Under the pieces are notes generated by a model. It was not told the DNA's origin and ran no database searches. It worked only from the letters and a program-made list of their open reading frames with translations. A stretch of 64,000 nt of DNA from a virus: the IMG/VR virus record IMGVR_UViG_3300017917_000733, positions 32,001 through 96,000 of that record. The stretch is one strand, 5' to 3'. The translations under genes were made by a program, and so were the position numbers. Positions 31,032-39,128 of this stretch are shown here, piece after piece (within the stretch, counting starts at the first letter, position 1; every line of letters begins with the position of its first letter).

Positions 31032-33770
31032 ATGCTAAGAGATGTATTTTATTACGGAAAAAAGCCAAACGCACACCCTAGAGAAAAGTTCGCAGTAAAC
31101 CTAGCTGACGCTAGACAACAATGCACAACAGAACACTTTTGGATAATTAATGAATACTGTGATTATCGTGGGTTCGATTGGGATTTTGATTTTGAATTTT
31201 TACCCGACGAAGATGTTTGGGCAGAAAACCATAACAACGTATGGCCTAGTCAACATCAAAAAGATAGTGGCACGTGGTTATGCTCTAAAGAACACAGCGA
31301 TATTATAATATATCGTGCTGACGTAGATCCTGTAAAAAGAAGAAATGAAATAAACGAACACTGGGTTCTTTTGAAAAATGTAGATACAGAAAAATTTGAT
31401 TTTAGCTGGCATCCTGATCCAACCGAACCTCCCTATATCTATGTATTTGGAAATCAATGGTATGATGTAAGTTTAGAACCCACACTAGAATATCATGTTT
31501 CGGGTGCAACTGATAAGAAATACATGACAGATATAATAGCGCATACAAAACCTGATATGGACAATTGGGTTACTACTTATCAAGTGGAAGATTTTGACTA
31601 TAGCTGGCGCCCTCACCCACACAATCCTCCTATGATATATCAGTTCGGAACATTACTGGATGATATACACTTAAAGGATGGTCCTGTATATAACGCTCCG
31701 GGAAATGATGGTACAATCGTCTACCTTGATAATAAACTTGCTACAAAATCTAAAGTTTCATATCCTAAGTATTATATTAACAATACACTAGATGAGTTAA
31801 TACAAGACCATCCTAACGAAATATTTTGGGCCTTGCGTAAAAATATTAACTACGATAATTTTGATTTTAGTTGGACACCGACCAAAGAAAACGTTTTTCA
31901 TATAAACGTATTCGGATCTCCTGATAGTGAAACTACGCAAACTTATTTTGTTAATTCGGAAATGATAAGTCGCGGATTCAAAAGTTTCAATTTTATAGAA
32001 AATAAAAGATTAGATGACGAATACCTAGCGACATTATTCAAACCAATGGATATGTTCTTTGTGGATAGAAGCAATAAAGAATCGTCAGAAAGATTTGAAA
32101 AGTTAAAACAACGGTTTCCAAGTATCCAAAAGACACGTTATCTACATACATGGGTTGATACTATTAATCGCTGTTTGAATAAATGTACAACTGAATTATG
32201 TTGGATACTAAACAGCGAATTAGATTATACTGACTTTGATTTTGAATATTATCCTAATCCATGGCAAATGAAAATGGTTCATGTATTCGGAACTCAATGG
32301 AGTCATTGGGGAACAACGTTTGTTGTCAATAAAGAAACATTCCCCAATGATACAAAATACATTAAAATAGTCGAGCATTTATCTAATATTAATTTTGTCA
32401 AAAAATCAAAGGCTCGTGCTACCAGTTGTTTATATGATATCTATTTTATCGACCATGGTAACGATGAGTCTCTGGTACTTTTTGAAGAATTGAAACAAAA
32501 TACGCCAAACGTTTACAATATCAAATACGATACTGATTATCTACAAACATTTAAAAATCTATTAGAAGAAATTCCTATTAGAAAAGACCATTATATTTGG
32601 GTGTGCAGTTCTATATGTAAGTATGATAAGTTTGATTTTACTTATATCTGTGATCCATTCTCACTAGAACAATTACACGTTTTTCCTAGCGATAAACAAA
32701 AGTTTGGAGATACATTCTTTGTTAATGTTAATAAATTGAGAATGTTAATAGATGACTTGAATAAATTGGATGACTTAGAAAAAATCAACTTTAATAATAG
32801 TTTACGAACCAATAGATTGCCTTGTCCTACATTTATAAATGATAGTGATACACATACTGATTTTGCAAAGTTTGAACACAATTTCCCTTATGCTGTATAT
32901 CTGACTGAGGATAACAAAACAATGATGGTCAAAGATGATGAACCTATATCATTGTGGTCAAGTGATAGCAAAAATATTATCGTATCAAGTGAAGGTGCAA
33001 GTAGAGTTCTTATACCAAAAGAAGCAAAAGAATATGTTAAGAAAGAGTTGTACGACTATCCATACATTATAACAGCTAGCCGAGTTCGCCAAAGCAGACC
33101 AATGGACATTGTTTTTCTAAGCAACGGTGAAAAGGGCGCAGATGAAAACTTTGAACATTTACAACGAGTTGCAAGGGGCGTGGCTAACAAAATAATAAGA
33201 GTTGATGGTGTCAATGGTCGCGTAGCAGCATATCATGCAGCAGCCGAAGCAAGCACCACACCTTGGTTATTTACAGTGTTTGCTAAGTTGAAAGTCAATG
33301 AAAAGTTCAATTGGTCTTGGCAACCTGATAGATTACAGATGCCTAAACATTATATCTTTAATGCAACTAATCCAGTCAATGGCTTAGAGTATGGTCACCA
33401 AGCTATGATTGCATACAATAAGAAAATGACGTTAGCTAACATAGGTAAAGGACTTGACTTTACATTGGACGACGAACACGAAGTTGTAAATCTTAACTCG
33501 GGTATAGCATTGTTCAACACTGATGAATGGTCAACTTGGCGTACTAGTTTCCGTGAAGTAATTAAACTTAGAAACGCAACAGATGACGAATCTAAAGAAA
33601 GATTAAATGTTTGGCTAACTGTGGGCAATGGTGATTTTGCTCAGTATAGTTTAGATGGTGCAAGACATGCAGTAGAATATTATGAAGAAGTCAACGGTGA
33701 CATGGATAAACTAAAACTAAGCTATGATTGGCCTTGGCTACGTGCTTACTTTGATTCCAAATATAAATAA
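31032..33770 (+). CDS. Multi-repeat glycosyltransferase-like protein
   Basis: Repeated FD(F/Y)(S/E/T)(W/Y)xP motif; C-terminal domain homologous to 16608-17561. Confidence 0.55.
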   Translation: MLRDVFYYGKKPNAHPREKFAVNLADARQQCTTEHFWIINEYCDYRGFDWDFDFEFLPDEDVWAENHNNVWPSQHQKDSGTWLCSKEHSDIIIYRADVDPVKRRNEINEHWVLLKNVDTEKFDFSWHPDPTEPPYIYVFGNQWYDVSLEPTLEYHVSGATDKKYMTDIIAHTKPDMDNWVTTYQVEDFDYSWRPHPHNPPMIYQFGTLLDDIHLKDGPVYNAPGNDGTIVYLDNKLATKSKVSYPKYYINNTLDELIQDHPNEIFWALRKNINYDNFDFSWTPTKENVFHINVFGSPDSETTQTYFVNSEMISRGFKSFNFIENKRLDDEYLATLFKPMDMFFVDRSNKESSERFEKLKQRFPSIQKTRYLHTWVDTINRCLNKCTTELCWILNSELDYTDFDFEYYPNPWQMKMVHVFGTQWSHWGTTFVVNKETFPNDTKYIKIVEHLSNINFVKKSKARATSCLYDIYFIDHGNDESLVLFEELKQNTPNVYNIKYDTDYLQTFKNLLEEIPIRKDHYIWVCSSICKYDKFDFTYICDPFSLEQLHVFPSDKQKFGDTFFVNVNKLRMLIDDLNKLDDLEKINFNNSLRTNRLPCPTFINDSDTHTDFAKFEHNFPYAVYLTEDNKTMMVKDDEPISLWSSDSKNIIVSSEGASRVLIPKEAKEYVKKELYDYPYIITASRVRQSRPMDIVFLSNGEKGADENFEHLQRVARGVANKIIRVDGVNGRVAAYHAAAEASTTPWLFTVFAKLKVNEKFNWSWQPDRLQMPKHYIFNATNPVNGLEYGHQAMIAYNKKMTLANIGKGLDFTLDDEHEVVNLNSGIALFNTDEWSTWRTSFREVIKLRNATDDESKERLNVWLTVGNGDFAQYSLDGARHAVEYYEEVNGDMDKLKLSYDWPWLRAYFDSKYK
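33762..33769 (+). promoter_or_regulatory. T4-type late promoter TATAAATA (representative of many)
   Basis: Exact TATAAATA also at 29420, 37449 and 54472; NTAA(A/G)TA variants precede many other genes. Confidence 0.7.
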
Positions 33771-33773
33771 AAC

Positions 33774-34493
33774 ATGAAACCAGTACTTATATTAGAACAT
33801 CAAGCTCCTGAAAACGCAGCATATCTATTAACATGGTTAAAGAACCGTGATATTCCTTATGAGATATTCAATGCCGACGTGCAAAAAGAATTTCCTCAAA
33901 GCATAGAACCATATTCAGCACTGGCTGTTATGGGCGGTGGCATGAGTGCAAACGATCCACTATTAACAAACAGACAAGCAGAGATATTGATATTGCAAGC
34001 TATGCACTATGATATTCCTGTCATTGGACATTGCCTCGGCGGGCAGTTAATGAGTAAAGCATTAGGTGGTAAGATAGGACTAAGCCCTAAACCTGAGATA
34101 GGATGGCAACCAATATCTTATATAGATAATGAACTAACTAAACAATGGTTTGGTTCTGATCCCACTGATACAGTAATACATTGGCATTACGATACATTCA
34201 GCATACCAACAGGTGCTACATTATTAGCAAGTTCAGAAAGTTGTCCTAATCAAGCGTTTGCAATCGGTAAACATTTAGCTATGCAATTTCATATAGAAAT
34301 AGATGAAAACAAAGTAAATCGTTGGGTATCAGATGACGATGGTAAATGGCAACAAGCTAGACAAGATTACGATTCGGTTCAAAACAGAGATGAAATGTTA
34401 AATGATATACCAAAATATTTGACAAAACATCAACAAACCGCTGATAATATATACACTAACTGGCTCAAAACTACAGTTTGGGCTGATAAATAA
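33774..34493 (+). CDS. Class I glutamine amidotransferase
   Basis: MGGGMS, GHCLGGQL (catalytic Cys), QFHIE (His-Glu). Confidence 0.9.
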   Translation: MKPVLILEHQAPENAAYLLTWLKNRDIPYEIFNADVQKEFPQSIEPYSALAVMGGGMSANDPLLTNRQAEILILQAMHYDIPVIGHCLGGQLMSKALGGKIGLSPKPEIGWQPISYIDNELTKQWFGSDPTDTVIHWHYDTFSIPTGATLLASSESCPNQAFAIGKHLAMQFHIEIDENKVNRWVSDDDGKWQQARQDYDSVQNRDEMLNDIPKYLTKHQQTADNIYTNWLKTTVWADK

Positions 34494-34497
34494 GGTT

Positions 34498-34593
34498 ATG
34501 AGTTATATAGCTTGGATCATCGGTGGTTTGATTGTCGCTCTTGCCATATATTGGTTAATGGATTGGCAATCACAGCACGAAGATGGTGAATGA
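34498..34593 (+). CDS. Small membrane protein (31 aa), not in ORF track
   Basis: MSYIAWIIGGLIVALAIYWLMDWQSQHEDGE with one TM helix; ATAAATA 5 nt upstream. Confidence 0.55.
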   Translation: MSYIAWIIGGLIVALAIYWLMDWQSQHEDGE

Positions 34594-34907
34594 TTATTGT
34601 GGTATGAAGTAAAGAGAAAAGTGTTCTGGACGGCGGGGCAGTACCGCCCAGGTCCACCAAAAGAAAATTGACACGGTGTACAACGTGCATCACGGCGTGA
34701 GCATATGGTCAGGACATAGAGCCTGAATTCAGTTTTCTTTTGATGGGCCTGACATAGTTTCGACAGGGCAAAGAGTAACAGAGTGGACCACACGGTAGAT
34801 GACGACCGTAAATCGCATTAAAAACGTAAACGCAAACGACGAACAGTTCGCATTGGCAGCTTGATTAAAAGCAGCCTGGGGTAAGACAGACCTCGCAACA
34901 GAACCTC
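34594..34907 (+). ncRNA. ssrA: Circularly permuted (two-piece) tmRNA; ends approximate
   Basis: 3' acceptor CAGGTCC-A-CCA (34649-34659) precedes 5' acceptor GGGCCTG (34745-34751) and forms G3.U70. T-arm GGCGG-GGCAGTA-CCGCC. Tag ORF ANDEQFALAA* at 34832-34864. AACAGAA at 34897-34903. Confidence 0.93.
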
Positions 34908-34932
34908 AAAAAGGGCATTAATGCCCTTTTTT
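34908..34932 (+). terminator. Intrinsic terminator after tmRNA
   Basis: AAAAAGGGCAT-TA-ATGCCCTTTTTT inverted repeat with T tract. Confidence 0.85.
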
Positions 34933-34943
34933 CATGGCTACCA

Positions 34944-34959
34944 TGTGATTGTAATCACA
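34944..34959. promoter_or_regulatory. CRP-consensus palindrome
   Basis: TGTGA-ttgtaa-TCACA, intergenic, upstream of TATACT at 35002-35007. Confidence 0.5.
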
Positions 34960-35042
34960 ATCTACCCGTAACTTTTATTTCCCTCATTAATCTAATTACT
35001 ATATACTTGTTAAGTTATTTTTAATCACAGAAAGGCACACAA

Positions 35043-35945
35043 ATGACAACTACAATTACAATTAAAGACAAAGCAATTAACGCTACATACCAAGATAAAA
35101 CTGGTACAACATCAGGCACTGGTACAGGCGCTAAGTTTGATGTTACTAAAACAGACGGTGTTTATACCGTTGCATTGGATTCTGCACTAGCAAGCGCAGG
35201 CTCTGGTTACGCAGCAGGTGACACTATCACTATTCTTGGTTCTCAACTAGGTGGTGTTAACACTACTAACGATTTGATTCTTACTGTTGCTACAGTTGGA
35301 GCAGGTGGTAAAATCGCTACATTCGGCTCTGTCGGAACAGGTCGCGTAGGCGATGGCACAGTTGATGTTCAAGTTGATGTTACTGGTACAAGCGGCGTTG
35401 ATACATATGTTGTTCCTGGCAACAGCACTGACTTCACAGTTACTAAGAATGAATCTGACATTACACTAGACAGCGGTCTTTCTACAAACGTTCACTTCAA
35501 ACTAGCTGACCATGAGCGTGTTGTGTTCGATGACACAGCAATTGCATTTGATGCAGATGGTGTTGCAGGTGATGTATATGCATTACTAGCAGCCGCACTA
35601 GGTGTTAGCGATGTTACCGCTGAGTTCCAAGGTATTGGTATCGCTCTTGCAGACAACGGTTGGACAAACAAACAACTTGCAGAAGCATTGTTGAACACTG
35701 ATGTTTACAAAGAAGATGCAGGTGGTGTAAGTACAGAAACTTTCATCAAGCATGTCTACAAGAATGTCATGGGAACTGACGCTACATTGGCAGAAGTTGT
35801 TGACTTGACCAGTTGGATGACCACAAATCACCTAAGCCAAGCTGATGTTTTGGTTATCGCTAGTCAATTAGAAGATTTCCAAACTACTATTGATTTAGTT
35901 GGTTTGGCAACTACTGGTATTGAGTATACCCCTTACGTAGCATAA
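35043..35945 (+). CDS. Surface/S-layer-like protein with DUF4214-like C-terminus
   Basis: ERVVFDDTAIAFD..GDVYALLAAALG..ETFIKHVYKNVMG. The N-terminal GSGYAAGDTITILGSQLGG resembles a module in the giant virion protein. Confidence 0.6.
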   Translation: MTTTITIKDKAINATYQDKTGTTSGTGTGAKFDVTKTDGVYTVALDSALASAGSGYAAGDTITILGSQLGGVNTTNDLILTVATVGAGGKIATFGSVGTGRVGDGTVDVQVDVTGTSGVDTYVVPGNSTDFTVTKNESDITLDSGLSTNVHFKLADHERVVFDDTAIAFDADGVAGDVYALLAAALGVSDVTAEFQGIGIALADNGWTNKQLAEALLNTDVYKEDAGGVSTETFIKHVYKNVMGTDATLAEVVDLTSWMTTNHLSQADVLVIASQLEDFQTTIDLVGLATTGIEYTPYVA

Positions 35946-36032
35946 CCTGCAAATAATTTATTGGGTAGAAAATATCACAGTAAATATTATTCTAGCCTGA
36001 GAAATCAGGCTTGTTTTTTAAAAGGAAATTAT

Positions 36033-36584
36033 ATGAAAAAAATCTTAGCAATCTTAGCTCTTGCCACTTTTGGTTCTGCGTTCGCCGCAGATTATGTTTC
36101 TGTTGACGTTGATAGCGTCAAGGGTCTAGAAGGTGCAAGGAACAGCATCGCACAATATGTTCGTGCTGGCAAAGGATTCGGTGATTACCAACTTGGTCTA
36201 CAGTCTCGTACTGCTGTCTTCAGTGGTGGCGGAATGTTGAACAGTTTGGAAGCAACTGTTGCTAACAACAAAGTTAGCAAATTTGGTGTTACTCCATTCG
36301 TTGGTGTTGGATACGACAATGGCTTTAACGGTGTAAAGAATGGCAACTACACTTACGGTCTGGTAGGTGCTACAACTGGTATGAAAGTAGGACTTGGTTA
36401 TGCACTATTAGGTGTTAAGACTCGTGTAGGTAGCAACGAAGCAGTTCAAACTAAACAAACCGTTGCGTTCGGTACATACAGTATCCCAGTTGCAAATAAA
36501 GTTTCCCTAAACTTGAATGCAAGTAAGTCTTATCAGACTATCAAAGAAGATGCAGTAGGCTTAGGTTTAACATTCAGCTTCTAA
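36033..36584 (+). CDS. Outer-membrane beta-barrel protein with signal peptide
   Basis: AAAGGA SD; MKKILAILALATFGSAFA signal; amphipathic strands; terminal LGLTFSF (C-terminal Phe). Confidence 0.75.
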   Translation: MKKILAILALATFGSAFAADYVSVDVDSVKGLEGARNSIAQYVRAGKGFGDYQLGLQSRTAVFSGGGMLNSLEATVANNKVSKFGVTPFVGVGYDNGFNGVKNGNYTYGLVGATTGMKVGLGYALLGVKTRVGSNEAVQTKQTVAFGTYSIPVANKVSLNLNASKSYQTIKEDAVGLGLTFSF

Positions 36585-36599
36585 TCATTCAAAGGCATC

Positions 36600-36622
36600 A
36601 AAGGCTCTTCGGAGCCTTTTTT
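36600..36622 (+). terminator. Intrinsic terminator
   Basis: AAAGGCTC-TTCG-GAGCCTTTTTT. Confidence 0.9.
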
Positions 36623-36654
36623 GTTGGGGTACAGCCCTGTCAATTAAATATCAA

Positions 36655-37335
36655 ATGCATCCAGTTATATTTACTTCTTATAATCACGCAGTAGACCCTA
36701 GACTTGCAGAGTATCAAAGTCTTGTGATTGAGAAACTTAGAAATGGAATTCCATTCCTACCGTTAAAGTACGGCTTCACTGAAAATGAAATGCTACACGG
36801 TGATATATTAAACAAAGCGATACATAAAGTATTTTATGAAATGGGTGCGGATTGTATTCTTATAGTAGATGTAGACGCGATACCACTAAGTACTGAATCA
36901 TTAGAAGAAACATTACACGTAGCCTATTCAGGACACGTAGTTGGAAACATTCAACGGTCAAATCATTTTGAAAATGGTCAGCATGTCTATGTAGGCTCAT
37001 CTTATATATGTTTTACTAGGTACATATTTGAAGCTGCTGGTAGTCCGACTATGTGTTACAACAACAAATATGATACATGTGAATTATTAACTGTGAATGC
37101 AGAACGTTTTAACATACCTGTAACTAAATTTATGCCAACTCATGTTGATTCGCCGTGGGTAGACTCTAACGGAAATTTAGGATACTGGAACTTAGCTGAC
37201 GGTATGCCTAAATATGGAATAGGGACTACATTTTCCTATGAAAATAAACCCATGTCTTATCATTTATTTTCATCAAGGCATCATATTTACAATCAATATT
37301 TCTTTGATAAGTGCCAAAGTATTTTGTCCAAATAA
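36655..37335 (+). CDS. Glycosyltransferase-like protein
   Basis: ILIVDVDAIP DxD motif and GT-A-like layout. Confidence 0.5.
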   Translation: MHPVIFTSYNHAVDPRLAEYQSLVIEKLRNGIPFLPLKYGFTENEMLHGDILNKAIHKVFYEMGADCILIVDVDAIPLSTESLEETLHVAYSGHVVGNIQRSNHFENGQHVYVGSSYICFTRYIFEAAGSPTMCYNNKYDTCELLTVNAERFNIPVTKFMPTHVDSPWVDSNGNLGYWNLADGMPKYGIGTTFSYENKPMSYHLFSSRHHIYNQYFFDKCQSILSK

Positions 37336-37373
37336 TTCGAACCACCCATTGATTTAATATATAATAGAAACAT

Positions 37374-37446
37374 GCGCTGTTCTCAATGGTTGAGTAAGAG
37401 CCTCTAAAACTCTGAATAACGGGTTCGACTCCCGTACAGCGCACCA
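37374..37446 (+). tRNA. Amber suppressor tRNA (anticodon CUA) with atypical D-arm
   Basis: Acceptor GCGCTGT/ACAGCGC plus A-CCA; D-arm CTCA-ATGGT-TGAG; anticodon arm AGAGC-CTCTAAA-ACTCT; T-arm ACGGG-TTCGACT-CCCGT. Confidence 0.85.
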
Positions 37447-37461
37447 ATTATAAATAATATT

Positions 37462-37611
37462 ATGAAACTACCGTTTATTGGACTCATGGGAGTCAAAAAT
37501 GATTTAACACTTGTTACCCCTAGTGGTCGTGAGTTGTTTAGGGTGCCCCAATGGGCAGCGTGGAGAATCCAACACGTACAACACTGGATCGCACAAAAAA
37601 CTTGGAGATAA
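37462..37611 (+). CDS. Small hypothetical protein (49 aa), not in ORF track
   Basis: MKLPFIGLMGVKNDL...IAQKTWR; TATAAATA at 37449-37456. Confidence 0.65.
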   Translation: MKLPFIGLMGVKNDLTLVTPSGRELFRVPQWAAWRIQHVQHWIAQKTWR

Positions 37612-37617
37612 AACAAA

Positions 37618-38190
37618 ATGGCATAGATTGAATTTGCATGTAAAGACGTAGTGTTTCACTTTAACAAGAAACACCTAGAAGACCAAACTATACCCATGTG
37701 GGTCTTAAAATTTCATGGGGAAACATATTATGTGAATCATGTGGAATGCAATGTTCCATGGTCTACTAAAGAGACACCCGACAATTCACATACAAAAGGC
37801 AGCATCAAAGTCAAAGAGGTCTTATTAAAGATTGATGACGATAACAATGCTACATTAACCAATCTCACTATCTTTGATAAAATTCGTTTGCGTAATCAAA
37901 AATTAGGTATTACACGAATCATATTCAAACCTCACAGTGAAATGCACAAGGCAATATTAAAGAACGAGTTTAAACATAGTCCACTCAAATATGTGAATGC
38001 ACCTTGTTCAACTTCATATTTGGTTTGTGATTTATTAGATAAGGCAGAGTTTACATTTGCATCATTGAAGTATGAAGGATTTAGACAATTAATGCCCAAC
38101 GAATCATACTATCAGCAATATGATGATGTTAAAGGTGAACATTTAAAAGTGGATTACAGTCATCCAGACACACCCTACGAATATAGTTAA
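37618..38190 (+). CDS. Hypothetical protein with an in-frame TAG at codon 3 (probable read-through)
   Basis: GGAGA SD at 37604-37608. ATG GCA TAG ATT GAA TTT GCA TGT AAA GAC GTA GTG is in frame with track ORF 37651-38190. Confidence 0.7.
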
Positions 38191-38306
38191 CCAAAATATT
38201 TTATTTCGCAAAAGCCCTGTGCTATACTAAATAATGTTGAAGCATGGGGCTTCACCTAACACTCTTTAAACATAATGGTCTTAGAGTGTGACCAGAAAAG
38301 GAAAAT

Positions 38307-39128
38307 ATGATGTACAATCAAAAGCTGGTGGCCAGCCTAAAAGCCAATGGTAAAATCCTTCGTGAATTCAAGGATACTGTCTACTGCCCATTCGGAGCAG
38401 AATACTCAATCTTACTCAAGAACCTAAACACAGTCCGTGCAGTTGTCAATGTTTATATTGACGGCGAGAACATTGTTCCAGGTGGTCTTGTTCTTAACGC
38501 AGGTCAAGAGGTTGACCTTGAGCGTAGCATCAAGAACGGCAATCTAACTGAAGGTAACAAACTAAAGTTCATTGAACGAACCGGAGCAGTTGAACAACAT
38601 CGTGGTATCAAACTTGAAGATGGTATTGTTCGTATTGAATACCAGTTTGAAATTGCTCGTCCAATTATCAACATCAGTGATAATATCTGGAAATCTACTC
38701 CTATTACAGGGGCGTATGATAATTACAAAACATACAATGTCAATGGTATGATGCGTAGTGTAGATTACAGCGCCGGCGAGACTATGAAAGCTACCGCGGC
38801 AAGTGCTACTAATGCCACATTACAAGCCATGAATATCAGCGCAACATCAGCACATGATGGTATGGCTACGATGGATTGGAATGATGCAGGTATTACTGTT
38901 CCGGGTAGTAAAAGTGAACAAAAGTTTCAAACAACATATTTAAACGCATTGGATCCGCAGAAGTATTCTATTGTGTTGAAGATTCTCGGTGAGACTCCTG
39001 ATAATGAACCTGTTCGCAAGCCCGTCACTACTAAGCATAAGCCTAAGTGTGTGACATGTGGCAAACAGAATAAAGCTACTGCTAAGTTCTGTACTGAATG
39101 CGGTACAGCCTTAGAAATTTTCGCTTAA
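38307..39128 (+). CDS. Hypothetical protein with C-terminal zinc ribbon
   Basis: CVTCG..FCTECG; AAGGA SD. Confidence 0.75.
   Translation: MMYNQKLVASLKANGKILREFKDTVYCPFGAEYSILLKNLNTVRAVVNVYIDGENIVPGGLVLNAGQEVDLERSIKNGNLTEGNKLKFIERTGAVEQHRGIKLEDGIVRIEYQFEIARPIINISDNIWKSTPITGAYDNYKTYNVNGMMRSVDYSAGETMKATAASATNATLQAMNISATSAHDGMATMDWNDAGITVPGSKSEQKFQTTYLNALDPQKYSIVLKILGETPDNEPVRKPVTTKHKPKCVTCGKQNKATAKFCTECGTALEIFA

Noticed and set aside
34503-34793. 96-aa minus-strand ORF
   Set aside because: It is antisense to the tmRNA and a small membrane ORF, with no protein features.
37374-37446. Calling the tRNA Arg(TCT) or true tRNA-Pyl
   Set aside because: Stem symmetry and U33 place CTA as the anticodon. 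A73, the canonical T-loop and the absence of pyl genes in the window argue against a confident Pyl call.
37226-37616. Minus-strand ORFs across the tRNA
   Set aside because: They are antisense shadows of the tRNA and flanking genes.
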